Positions 14,070-27,514 of a stretch of 64,000 bases of DNA are shown piece after piece; position 1 is the first letter of the stretch, and every line of letters starts with the position of its first letter. Below the pieces are notes generated by a model. It was given only the letters and a program-made list of their open reading frames with translations. It did not search any database and was not told the DNA's origin. Origin of the DNA: Octopus vulgaris. Its lineage: Eukaryota. The stretch covers positions 73,408,001 to 73,472,000 of the forward strand of contig OX597833.1 of NCBI GenBank assembly GCA_951406725.2. Reading direction: 5' to 3'. A program made the position numbers and the translations under genes.

Positions 14070-14465
14070 TCGACCAAAGATTGGTCCAAGCCATGTCTAA
14101 CTTAATAGCACCACTTGATAGGATTATCTAAATCCTTCTTAAGTAAAGTTTTGTTCAAGTAGTGAGTTATTGTTGAGTAAGTTGTATCCAGGTATGGGTG
14201 ATTTGTCTGGTATTCCTTGAAGAAATCTGTCCAGACTCCGTTTAAAGGTGATGGGATCCTTTTCCTCTTTGATCAGTTTTGGGACAATGTTAAACAGGGT
14301 AGGGTATGTTGAGGAAAAGAAATTATGTCGCAGTGTACCTATATGTTGTGATCCTGAATTTGGCAGGGGACGTATGGCCCGTGGTCCCAGCCTTGGATGA
14401 ACCTTAAAACTAATGTTCAGGTCGTTTGGGTAATGCTGGCGGTATATTCTCCATATCGTACAAAT
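14070..14465 (-). mobile_element. CR1/L2-group LINE 3' end
   Basis: IWRIY...PNDL...PRLGPR...LFNIVPKLIK...FKRSLDRFLQGIPDK C-terminal signature. Confidence 0.7.
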
Positions 14466-14474
14466 GATGCATAT

Positions 14475-14770
14475 ATTCATACATATATATACATACCTAC
14501 ATCTATATGTATATATACATGCATATGTGGGTACAGGACACAATGAAAAACGAAAACATAAAACAAGGCGGAGTAGACGAAACAGGGACAACTGAAGAAG
14601 GGGCATATTCCTTGCGTTGTATGTCTTGTAGTCTGTTTTTTCGTTGTTTGAAAAAAGCTTCGTTTCTGTTTCCATGTTTTCGTTTCTCATTGTGTTCAAC
14701 GTTTGTTTGGTGTCCTGTACCCATATATGCATGTATATATACATACAGATGTAGTTATGTACATATATGC
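14475..14770. repeat. small fold-back (about 75-bp inverted arms)
   Basis: tatatacatgcatatgtgggtacaggacac is inverted as gtgtcctgtacccatatatgcatgtatata. The core is shared with 33128-33210. Confidence 0.8.
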
Positions 14771-14830
14771 ATGTTTATATGCATGTTTATATATTATTTA
14801 TGTTACTATATGATCGAATCCATTTCTAAG

Positions 14831-14891
<61 letters not shown>

Positions 14892-14919
14892 GTATGTATG
14901 TATATGTATATATAACAGA

Positions 14920-15718
<799 letters not shown>

Positions 15719-16814
15719 CAGTTGGCAATCACCTTGGGAAACCAAAATACAAGAGAGGTGTAGAAAGCACAGCCTTAATAACCGCTACACCAAAGTAACC
15801 GTCAAATTTGAAAGAATTCGATTTCTGTGGGTGACTATTCTCAATTGTTTTTTTTTTAATGCATATTTCTAACCTAACATTTTCGAGCTTTAATATATAA
15901 TTCCATTCGCATTCGAACAGCAGCTTAAAAGATCCCCTATTCTTGTCTGCATTTTTATAAATGCTCAGGAACAAAAAGAGGAACAAGTACAATTTCTTCT
16001 GGTATATCTTGCATTATTGCAAACTTGCAAACTTTTCAGACAGGACACTGTGTAAGCGGTGGTTTTGGCCGATACCTCTTGGTGTCAGTTTCGTTACAGA
16101 CCTTGCTATTTTTGTCAAAACGCAAAGAACCTGAATATATACAGCTGAGTAACAAGGGGTTCACCTGGCCGTCTAAACCTAAAAGGATTAAAGGTAAAGT
16201 TGACTTCCACACATAAAGAATCCGTGGAAATACGTGTCAAAACAACCCATTCTGCAGAGTGGCTAAATCTGAATAGAAAAAAACATTGTCATCTCGTTTT
16301 AAGTTTATTTATTATTTATTTTTTTCTTTTTCGGTTAATTGGATTTCACCCGTTTTATCATTGACTGATTCACAGCTGTTGTTTTTTGAACCCGGTCGTA
16401 TCCTTGACAATGCTGTGCAACGTCTGTAACCTGCAACTAGCTAAATTAGTCATAGTCAAAGCCTACGAAAATCCATTACACACATATGTGTGTATGTATG
16501 TGTGTGTGTTTGCGTGCGCACGCGTTTGTCTCCTGTATTCAAATATATTATTGTGTGGCTATATTCATTCTAACAAACCGATTATTTCACTAATCTATTG
16601 AATTTGGAGGATGTGGCTCGCTTTGCTTTATCGTTTTTTTTTTTCTGGGAAAAACAGTCAGTAAATGTTTTACTCGGAATCTGTCTTTACAAAATCCAGT
16701 GCACTTATTGTAATAAGTACAAATGACAAATCTATAAGGCAGATACAAGACTGTATGGGATATGTGTGTGTATGTATGTATATATGTATGTATACGTACG
16801 TGGATATGTGTGTG

Positions 16815-17695
16815 TGTGGTCTGATCAATAAGTATCCGGATTGCTGCCATAGTAATGAAGGTAAAGCACCTAGATTGATCCTGAACTCTGCTGTGCAAGT
16901 GGACTAAATTTTAACATTCCAGCTCACTTCCGCTGTTTACATCAGTGCTTGAAAGGAAGGTGTGTAGCGTGTGATCGTCACATTGACCAAGACAGAGAAA
17001 GTTGAGCTGAGAATCTGCATCAAATGTTGCCAAAAGCTTGGCGATACCTGCTCAGAGGCCTACGCAGAGTTTTCAAAAGGTTTTCATCGCTTTCGACACA
17101 AGACACAATAAATGAGATCTTGTGCAACTGAAACCCGAATATCATTTTGCTCTGCTGAAAGCATTTTTGGCACAAACTTGGCAGACACGCGTCTCATACC
17201 CAAATCTTCGGTGATAATGGACTGAACTGAACCGTAGCTAATCTGCACAGCATCTAATAACTTACGCATGGGGATTCGACGACTTCTCCTTACAGCTGCA
17301 AGAACATCTGCGATGTTTTTCTCAGTTCTGCTGGCTTCGGATCTCCCAGAACGTACGTCAATATCGACATTTTTTGGCCATCTTGGAAACATCTGAACCA
17401 CTTGTACCCTCGTGTGTGGCTCATACACTCCTCTCCATACACTTTCTGAAAATTTGCGTAGGCCTCTGAACAGGTATCGCCATGACAACTTTCTCTGTCA
17501 TGGTAAATACGACGATCACACGCTACACACACTCCTTCCAAGCACTGCTGTAAACAGCGGAAATGAGCTATGACGTAAAAAATTAGTGCGCATGCACAAA
17601 AGAATTTAAGGTGAATCTGTTTCAAACGGCTTCACTCTGCCTGCTTTAGCTTCTTTATTATGGCAGCAATCCGGATACTTATTGATCAGGCCTCA
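16815..17695. mobile_element. mariner-derived non-autonomous element made of two 5' ends in inverted orientation
   Basis: TIR gg(t/c)ctgatcaataagtatccggattgctgccata at both ends. About 270 bp of 5' UTR plus transposase start is inverted. The minus arm encodes the HTH region up to SAKFVPKML. Confidence 0.85.
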
Positions 17696-17876
17696 TGTAT
17701 GTATATATATACTTATATGTATATACATACATATACACATATATACATGCATACATACATATCGTTCACTTTCTCTATCCAAAGTATGTTTAACCTAATA
17801 CCTGCTTGCTCTTATTTATAGCTTTATTTGCTTCGGGTCTCACCGTCGTTATATATATATACATACATACATTCAT

Positions 17877-17951
<75 letters not shown>

Positions 17952-18091
17952 CATACATTCATACATACATATATATATATTGGCCTGCTCGCTTAGCCAG
18001 CGGGGTGGCGTCATTCGAAGGCTAAAACAATGCGAACGCATTGTGACCAGCGATGTGTAACAACATCTGATGGTCTGATCTGTCACGTGAT

Positions 18092-18129
<38 letters not shown>

Positions 18130-18135
<6 letters not shown>

Positions 18136-18485
18136 TGGCTGCCATCTCGTTATCGAGTATGGCCATTGCACGAAGCTTAATCAATGTTGTTATCGTGCAA
18201 TGCCTGTGCAGGAAGATTTTTTTTAAAGTGAGGAAAGGCTGTGCACTGAGTCAATCCCACTCACTAAGCAACAGCAGCATAATCCGAAAAGATGTACAAG
18301 TCAACATCATCGGTAACCACTGAGCCGCAGGTTTTATGTCGGAGTTATCCCAGTTACCTGAGTTACCTTCTCCTAGAAGGATGCCCTAACAAAGGCTAAG
18401 AGTCCTTCATTCCCAATGGCTTAACCGCGCGATCGGATATTCAGTCCGATTATTTCTATGTCCCTGCGCATGAATCATTGGTTGA
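18130..18485 (-). mobile_element. partial copy of the RTE-like non-autonomous element found at 38008-38680
   Basis: Near-identical reverse complement of about 38240-38680, with an internal deletion. Confidence 0.8.
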
Positions 18486-18486
18486 A

Positions 18487-21400
18487 TCATACCACTTTGC
18501 CACGTGGAAAGAGGTGTATCATTTCACTACAACATCTTCCCTTTTAATTTATTTTTGGTGGCGGGGAACAGGTAATTTTATTTCACTTTATTCACCCCTC
18601 TTCCATTTTTAACGTTTTTTTTTCAAACTAATATTTGATTCTTTTTGGTGTTTGATTGTAGGAACTTTGTGTTCTTCCTTTCTCTTCCGCATGTGCACGT
18701 GGGTTCAACCACCTGTAACGATGTTGGTACCTGGAATGTGTCATATAGCCATTTCAATTTGTCTGGTTCATTTTCTATGAATCTCTTCTTTAACTGGTTT
18801 CTGTGTCATTTTTCAATACCTCTTTTGCTTTTTAACCCGTACATCATTTTTCCTTTGTACGTTATCATTTCGCTTTCTTCCCAGTACTGTTTCCCGTTTT
18901 TATACGAGCTCATGTACACGTTGTCACCAATTTTGAAAAATTTTGATATGTCACTTTCTGGCACTTTTTCTTTCTTCACCAGGTAACAGTTTATCAAAAT
19001 TAAATTTCACCTTCCTGGTGAACATCAATTCCGCTGGTGAGCTTCCTGCTGATGTATTGGGGGTCGGTGTCACCCTGTATACCCTTAGGAATTGCTGCAG
19101 AGCGACTTCGTTGTTTGCTTTTCTCGAAGCTCTACCTGTCCATTTGTTCAGGGATGGTAAGGAGCTGTCTTTTTATGTTCTACCGTAAACTTTAGCAGAA
19201 TTTTCTAAATTCACTGGACACAAACTGTGTTCCATTATCAGATACAGTCACATTTGGTATGCCGAATCTTGCGAATAATTCGTGCAAAAAATTATTACAG
19301 TTGAGGCATCCGGTCTTTTGCACTTAAAAATTTCCGGCCATTTTGTAAAACTGTCAACTACTACTAAGTAGTAATAACCATTTAACGGACCCGCAAAATC
19401 GATGTGTAGTCCTGGGCCAAGGTTCCCATTTTTGAGTGAGCAGTTTTTCTGCCAGCCTACATCCGCCTCAGCCTTTTACTACGTTTTCAATTTCTTTGTC
19501 CGTCCTCAGCTAATACACATAACTGCGCATAAGCATTTTTTCATCCTTTCGATCCCCGGATGTCCAACATGGAATTCCTTCGGCATTCTTTTTTCTAGAA
19601 TCTCAGTTATCGCTACCCTTTGGCCATACATCAGTACACCATCGAATGTCGAATATATGCTTACATCTTATTTTGTTTTTTGTTTTTTCCTACCGAACTT
19701 ATTTTTTTGTTCTTTTTAGGTAACCACAGAGTTTTCTTTGTTTCATTAATGAACTTGTCTTTTGACGCCTGTCGCTTTATCTCCAGAGTTATTGGTAACT
19801 CTCGTACAATGTTCCACATTATGTATATAATTTCCCCTTCGACCCTTAGGGCTGCTATTACTGTGTTCTCGAATGGATCGCCATTTCTTGGTATTAGCTT
19901 GGATAGGCCGTCAGCATGTCCTAACTTTTTCGAAGGTAAATATTTCATTACATAGTCGTAGTTTAGTAGTATGGTGCCCATAAATAATTCGGCTTACCGA
20001 TTTTCCTCCATGTTTGTTCATTTATGATAGTGATGTCATTCTCCATATCTAATTTCATTGTGACACTAGTGGTTTCGATTCTCAGTTTGATGAATTTTCT
20101 GTTCGTTGTATAAACTTTTTTCTCTGATGACAAACTATTTTTTCTCGTTTCGTTCAATTTTTCGTCATCTTAGTTGTGCAGTGCGATTTAATGTGTCCTG
20201 TGTTACCACAACGCAAACATTTCGCATTTTTGAACGGACATTCTTTTCTTAGATGCCTACCACCACACACCACACATAGGTTTACCTCCTGATATATATC
20301 GTGTTTTTTGTGACACATTTTATCTGTCTTCCGACTCATTCGCACTGATTTCATCTGTAAACAATCTCTGCGTTGGCTTTCTTCTGTGTTGTGTCTTACT
20401 TTTAAAACCATATCGCACTCTTCTGACAGTTTCTGGATAGTTATATCCTGGTTCACTTTCAGGTTTGCGAGAATTTTCATCATTACTTCTGCGTCTTTTT
20501 TAGCAGTAAGTCACTGAGCAAAAATCAGGCACTTGAACGTATCTGAAGTTAGTTTATCCAGTTTAAATATCTCGCACTCTCTATTCATTCTACCCGCATA
20601 AGTGGTATAGTCTACGTCATCCCTTTTCTCCGCGTTCAAACACTTCCAACGTGTGTTGAATAACAATATTTCTTCACTGAACATCTTACATAAAATGTTA
20701 ATTGTGTCCATGAAATTTATGTCAGAAACTTTTTTAAGCAATATAATGTTACAGTATTTATTTCTTGTGCTCTATCGTCGCCAGTTTCCTCAGAATTAGA
20801 CGCGTTTTTATTCCGACCGTCCAGTTTTGGCATTCTTTTTCGAAAATTTGTTCAAAATCTTTGGTAATACGCCTCGAAAGTTATTCCTTCTCCTGAGTCA
20901 TATTTAAATTCATTTATTGAATTTGCTACATAGTCTTGCGGGAAAGTATTTTCTGGTTTGTTACCAACTTCATTAGTTGTAGTATTTGTTGCTCTTGTTG
21001 TTATTTGAGTTGTTGTTGTTGTTGTTGCTGTTTTTGCAACTCAGCTAAACCCTCTAACAAGTTTTCCATAATTTTATGGAATTTTCGTAAAATATATACA
21101 ACAAAAACGTTTGTTCGGGTTAGCCTTAACCCTAATCCTAACCCTAATTTCTCCACGTAAAACCTTTTTCAACGTTGTCCGCGTGAACTGTTTATATCCT
21201 CATCACCTCTGTTATAATGTGCATCGTCATCCACTTGTGTGTTGTTGTCGGCACTGTGATATTCTTGTCACCTCTATTATGTTGTGGCGGTATTCCGCAT
21301 CTTATTATCTTTGACTCATCTATTGTAGCCCCGCAAGACAATGACTTTCAAACGTCTACCTTGATGGTAACTCGAACTCGCATATATCACGTAATTAACA

Positions 21401-21519
21401 CTCACTCCAACTGAGAAACTCGTACGACGACTTTACTACTACTGACTGACTTTGACTTTATAGTGGCTGTGTCATACCACTTTGCCACGTGGGAAGGGCT
21501 GTACCATTTCACTTCAGCA
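18487..21519 (-). mobile_element. Gypsy (Mag-like) LTR retrotransposon lacking RT
   Basis: 5' LTR 21519-21210 (TG...CA) and PBS-like gaggtgatgagga. Gag has two zinc knuckles (CVVCGGRHLRKEC, CLRCGNTGHIKSHC), then a protease relic, RNase H end (HADGLSKL) and integrase (HIDFAGPLNG...VVDSFTKWPE). PPT aaaagggaaga precedes a truncated 3' LTR 18534-18487. Confidence 0.9.
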
Positions 21520-21529
21520 CATCATCGTC

Positions 21530-21810
21530 ATCATCGTCGTCGTCATTAACGTCCGCTTTCTATGCTGGTATGGGTTAGACGGTTTGACTGAGGACAGGCA
21601 AACCATAAGCCTGCACCAGACTTCAATCTGATCTGGCAAGGTTTCTATAGCTGGATACCCTTCCTAACGTCAACCAGTCCGAGAGTGTAGTAGGTTCTTT
21701 TTACGTGCCACCGTCAAGAGGGCCAGTCAGGTGGCACTGGAATCGTTCACATTCAAATGGTGCTTTTTAAGTTCCACCGGCATGAGAGCCAGTCACGTGG
21801 CACTGACATC
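21530..21810 (-). mobile_element. SINE/LINE-tail repeat with (GAT)n-like tail
   Basis: ttaacgtccgctttctatgctggtatgggttagacggtttg tail pattern next to a CAT/CGT repeat. Confidence 0.5.
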
Positions 21811-21818
21811 ATTCATAT

Positions 21819-21855
<37 letters not shown>

Positions 21856-23924
21856 CATACATATATATATATATATATATATTTACATAAGCTATGCAGA
21901 TAGATATCAATAGATAGACAGAGAGAGAGAGAGAGAGAGATTAAAGGAGATTAGCAGGAAAGGACAGGAGGACAGTCAAAGAATAGAATCGACCTTGATG
22001 AAACACCTGGTCTACGATGTTTAAGGCTGGTGGAAAGAAGACTCATTTTCTCGTCATTAAACACCGGAAAAAAAGAGTCAGGGCCTCTTCTCCGCCCTTA
22101 CCACTCAACCTTAAAAATGGTTTTAATTGAAACGAAATCGTGGGTAACTAAACAACCAGAAGCTTCATCAGCGCGAGAAGTAACATTTTCAAGTCAACAA
22201 CAAAAGTTGAAAAAAAAACAACCTAAAGAATGCCTGAAAGGAAAGTAGCAATCAAACTCTTTCCTACTTCCTCCTGCCTATCTTTCCTCCTGAAAGCTTT
22301 ATGCGAAGATTAGCCTATCAATCATCAACACCATCAATATGGAGGTACCACTCGGGCAGCAGCAAATCGATACCCTTGGACTCGACAGTGTGGAATGCTA
22401 CTGAGGATGTTTTGTCAAGTCGCAGAAATGTCTGTTTTGGTGTATCTTTAAAATCTCAGTAAATTATTTTTACACCTTAGCAAAAGATAGAGACAGAGAG
22501 AGTGGGGGGGGGGGAGAAAAAGAAACATTTCCTAGTTCGCTTTCATATTTTATATACCAGTGATTTTTGAAGGAGGCCCCAAAGATTATACATCAGGTTG
22601 TTGTTTCTGCCTTGAGAATACAGAAGATATTACTTGAAGAATAAAGAGTTTAATCGTATACCTTCAAAATATATCCGTTTGTAACCAGTTCCCATAGTGT
22701 TCAACTTCAAGCAGGAGACATTCTTCTGTAAGTCACTATGGAGAAAGAATCAAACGAAACTGGGGCATATCACGAAGAAAATTATGTTGACATTTCAGAT
22801 TCAACATTCTGGGCTTCTTGCTCCTTCAGTGAACCGCACTTACTATTACAAAAACTTCTCTATGACCTACTTCGTGGTTTGATCGTTTTCTTTACTTTGT
22901 GAGTGGGTGCGTGTGTTTTTCAAATATATAGGTGCATGACTATATGTTTTTTTCCAAAAATTTTATATTGCAAGCCACACAAAAACCTAACCGGAGAGAG
23001 GAGTGCCGCCCATTTATTTTGATTCACCACATAGAAACTTTTATAAAAGTTAATAGCTTGACAAGTTCGGCCGTCTGTCACAGGCCACTTCCCTATGACT
23101 AATAGTGACTCAAGTTGTTCTTTCAAAGTATCATACATTTATACACAATAGCTGGAATCGTTATTTTTTTTTTTTAATGGATGAATCAGTCCAACTTGCG
23201 TCACTCTGTCACCTCTGGAAGTGACTTCTTTTTTTATATATAAAAAGATTTTTTTAAAAATTGCATACAGAATCAACAATAAAACCAGTAAAAAAAAAGA
23301 AGAAAGGAATGAAAATGTTTTTGATCGGGGTTAATGAAGTAGGCTTGATGGATATTAGAATGGTTAAAGAATGCGAAAAGTCAATTGAAAAAATAGCAGA
23401 TGAGAGGGCAAACAAACTTTTAAACGACTGATATTTCAGAGTAGAAACACATAAATAAATAAAATACCACATGTATACATTTTTTCATTCTTTTACTTTT
23501 TTCAGTTCTATGACTGCTGCCATGCTGGGGCACTTCCTTGAAGAATATTAGTTAGTACTTATTTTTTTAAAGCTTGGTACTTATTATCTCGGTCTTTTTG
23601 ACGAACCGCTAGTTTACGGTTGTCCAGCTGTGGCAGGGAACAGACATATTTAGACACATACATACATACAAATCCACTTTTAAGGCTTTGGTCGGCATAA
23701 GGCTATAATAGAAGACACTTGCTCAAGCTACCATGCAGTGAGACTGACTCGGAACCATGTAGTTGGGAAACAAGCTTATCACACAACCACAAGATAAATT
23801 GACATTATGCCTTTGATTCTAGGATCGTAAATAAAGAGGAAGAATTACGATGAAATGCTTTTGATCGAGGTAATGAAGTAGAGTTGGTGGATATTAGAAT
23901 GGTTAAAGAATGCGAAAAATCCCT

Positions 23925-24260
23925 TAAAATTTGCAAGCGGAAGAATTTGGAGTGTGCGAACAGTAAAGGTGGTGCCTATAATAATTGGTGCGTTGGGTGC
24001 AGTAAGCCAAGATACAAACAAATGGCTGAAAGTAATTGGAATAGAACGCCCGGTAGAGCTCCTACAGAAAGTTTGTCTTATCGGTTTTTATCATTTATTA
24101 CTATTTTGGTTTGGCTCAGGTTTGGTCATATTCCAGGCAGGATTTATGTGTGTAGCAGGTTACTAGCTATAGCCTTAAGTATCCACAAGTTTTCAGCAGT
24201 TTTTCAAATGCTTAGAACCCTCCTGATGATCCTTGCTGTACTTCAGAGACAAACTTTGTT
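23925..24260. mobile_element. R4/Dong LINE 3' end with inverted terminal segment
   Basis: The plus strand gives KVVPIIIGALGAV...LLQKVCL. The continuation TARIIRRVLSI* and the 3' UTR lie on the minus strand at 24085-24257. Confidence 0.7.
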
Positions 24261-24330
24261 TTTCTTCCTCTTTCTTTACGATCCTAGAATCAAACGATTA
24301 TGATGGATCGGTGAGAAAGCAGTTTCGCTG

Positions 24331-24403
<73 letters not shown>

Positions 24404-24404
24404 G

Positions 24405-24600
24405 GACGGCGAGCTGGCAAAAGCATTAGCATGCTAGGAAAAATGCTTAGTGGCATATCGCCCGTCTTACGTTCTGAGTTCACATTCCGCCGAGATCGAC
24501 TTTGTCTTTCATTCTTTCAAGGTCGATAAATCAAGTACCAGTTGAGTAATCGTCTATCCCCTTCCCCCAAATCTCAGACCTTGTGCCTATAGTAAAACTG
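24405..24600 (+). mobile_element. tRNA-derived SINE (family C)
   Basis: ggcgagctggca...gttctgagttcacattccgccgagatcgactttgtctttcat. Related copies at about 13090-13300 and 52330-52500. Confidence 0.7.
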
Positions 24601-24620
24601 ATTATGATTATTACTGTTGC

Positions 24621-24651
<31 letters not shown>

Positions 24652-24675
24652 ATTATTGTTATTGTTACCTTTCAG

Positions 24676-24746
24676 ATAACTTTTAGCCGCCATTGTTGTT
24701 CGAAAGATATTCAAGACCTCATTCTTCAACTCGCCGGCGGAAGTAG
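24676..24746 (+). CDS. PDE9A: PDE9A-like cGMP phosphodiesterase, exon (ITFSRHCCSKDIQDLILQLAGGS-R)
   Basis: ttcag acceptor and gttggt donor. Aligns to human [24 protein letters not shown]. Phase 0 to 2, in frame with the next exon. Confidence 0.8.
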
Positions 24747-24968
24747 GTTGGTACATACTTTATATTGATTTACTTCTACTACAACATTTGTATATAGGAT
24801 AGTTAATAACGAGATTAGAAGCCAGAGAAATACACAAGTTATTTGGGGAGCTGTAGAAGTAGAATTTAATTCCTTTATACCACGGAGTCATACAGGCAAT
24901 AGAAAACGTAGGACAAGATCTTGAGCAAACTACTTTTCTGGTATATGTGTATAGGGAATCAGCAAATA

Positions 24969-26259
24969 TTGGGTTGTCCGGAAAGTTCGTGCCGATTTAT
25001 AGTAGCTTACCTTTCGACTTGTTTTAGATATCGTTGAGTCCATAAATTAGGATTTGACTGCACCTCCATTTAGAGTACAATTTAAGCTATCTTTTCGTGG
25101 AAGAAGGTTTATGTTCCTATAACCTGTGTTAATTCTGTAACCCTTTAAATTGGAAGATAAGAAAGTTCATTTTCGGTACTTGATGCTTTTCGTTTTCCGT
25201 AAAGGGAAAAATACCTCACAAGCAACCAAAGAAATATGCGCAGTTTACGGTGATGTTTCTTTATCTGAAAGATGTGTACGGAAGTGGTTCGCAAGGTTCC
25301 GAGCGGGAGATTGTAGCCTTATTGATAAAGAGCGATCAGGCAGATCATCCACTACAGATGATGACCAAATCAAGTCATTAATTGAGAATAACCCACATTG
25401 CACAACCCGAGAATTGGCAGAAAGCCTCAATCTATCAAAACCCGTTGTCCATGAGCACCTAGTAAAGCTTGGGTACACAAATCGCTAAGATGTTTAGGTA
25501 CCACATGAGTTGAGTGAGAAGAACCTTTTGAATCGCATTTCCATCTGTGATTCGCTTTATAAACAGAATGAAAACGCGTCTTTTTTATAGCAAATTGTGA
25601 CAGATGATGAGAAATGGATTATCTACCGAAATGTTCAGAGAAAGCGATCCTGGAGTAAGCGACATGAGCCACCCTTAGCCACCCAAAAGCGGGTCTTCAC
25701 TCTAAAAAAGTCTTGCTTTGTGTCTGGTGGGATTGGAAAGGAATTCTGAACTATGAGCTTCTCACAAGTAACCAGACAATTAATTCTGAGAAATATTGCA
25801 CGCAACTGGACAAGTTAAAAGCAGCAATTCAAGAGAAACATCCAGAATTGGCCAACAGGAAGGGTGTTGTTTTCCAACATGATAATGCAAGACCGCACGT
25901 TTCTTTGGGAACCAGACAAAAGTTGCTGCAGCTCGGCTGGGATTTGTTACCCCACCCTCCATATTCACCAGATATTGCTCCTTCGGATTTCCACTTATTC
26001 AGGTCTCTGCAGAATAGTCTTAATGCTAAAAATTTCAAATCCTTGGATGACATAAAAAGATACCTTGATGAATTCTTTGCCATGAAACCACCTCAATTCT
26101 GGGAAAAGGGTATTTTCAAGTTAAAGGAAAGATGGAGATGCATTGTGCAACAAAATGGTTCATATTTGGTTGATTAAAAATTTAATGGCAAATATTTATT
26201 GACCTGATTTTTAAAGGAAAGTCCTTTAAAAATCGGCACGAACTTTCCGGACAACCCAA
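24969..26259 (+). mobile_element. full-length mariner element with disrupted transposase
   Basis: Perfect 30-bp TIRs ttgggttgtccggaaagttcgtgccgattt, TA on both sides, 1291 bp. Motifs VPHEL, DEKWI, HDNARPH and YSPDIAPSDFHLF are present, with stops and a frameshift. Confidence 0.97.
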
Positions 26260-26769
26260 TAATTTGGAACATAATTGCTGGTTTATCGCAGATTACATTC
26301 ACCATGAAAAGATTTTTCCCAGTTACATGATGTAAATCAATGGAAGGTGCCCTCTACGTGGTCTCTTGACCAGCTTGAAATAACTACTAAGTTCTCTTTC
26401 AATTCACAAAGACAAATACTATAATGTGTTCCTAGGATGCAAAAAGCCTAAAAATTAAACAGAAAGCTCATGGCTGAAATGCCTTTGGTTATAGTTTTGC
26501 TAAACCAGAGATGATCCAGGAGGGAGTTAAACGACAGCTACAAGAACAAGTAAATGAGAAGTGAATGTCCTGCTAATAAATGCAGTAGGATACGCGAAGT
26601 GGCCTTGAACTCATGCACCTTGACATGATATTCAAGTGTTTTTGTCTATTCACTCAGTCATTTCTTTTTCACAACGCAATGAGACGGGTTGTAGTGATAG
26701 GTGTGTCCTCTTGATAGAACTAGCCTCCTGCGTTTGTTTATTTGTTTAAAATATTTTTTATATTTTCAG

Positions 26770-26847
26770 GGTCTCCAAAGTATCGCTCCAGAGTACTGAT
26801 GGTGCTTATATTCCAGTCACACCCACAATGCCTACCAATTCATCAAA
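26770..26847 (+). CDS. PDE9A: PDE9A-like exon (VSKVSLQSTDGAYIPVTPTMPTNSS)
   Basis: ttttcag/gtaagt. Aligns to human [24 protein letters not shown]. Phase 2 to 2. Confidence 0.88.
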
Positions 26848-26897
26848 GTAAGTAAAAAAGATGAGACTTTGCTCTCGTTTAGTAGCAGTTGTTGTTG

Positions 26898-26929
<32 letters not shown>

Positions 26930-27178
26930 GTTATTGGTGGTGGTGGTGGTGGTGGTGGTGGTGGTAGTGGTGGTTGTGGTGTCGTTGTCGTGGGTGTTGC
27001 TGCTGCTATTGATTATGATGATGATGTTGATGTTCTTTAGCTCCAGCTCACCCTTGACCGAAACAAAAACCACATGACTTCTAACCACAACTTCATTATC
27101 CCATTTTTTGAGGCATAGTTGTTTGGTTCAGAAGCTCACTTTGCAGCCTCGGGTTCTTGGTTCACATATAATATATAG

Positions 27179-27370
<192 letters not shown>

Positions 27371-27371
<1 letters not shown>

Positions 27372-27510
27372 GTGGTGTTGTCAAAAAGTATCCGACCTTT
27401 GGTCAAAGAACAAGTAATGTTACAAAACTCACCATTTGATTTAGACTCCTTCTAAGTATCGCCTTGGGAGTCTACACTCTCTGCCGGAGCTCCTGCCACT
27501 GCTGGAAACA
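27371..27510 (-). mobile_element. mariner 3' end fragment
   Basis: TIR-like cgtggtgttgtcaaaaagtatccgac after TA. The minus strand encodes a degenerate CFQQWQE...SQGD..EG* C-terminus. Confidence 0.7.
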
Positions 27511-27514
27511 CTTG

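Noticed and set aside
21122-21148. Telomere-like (TAACCC) motifs
   Set aside because: Only about three imperfect units inside the Gypsy leader.
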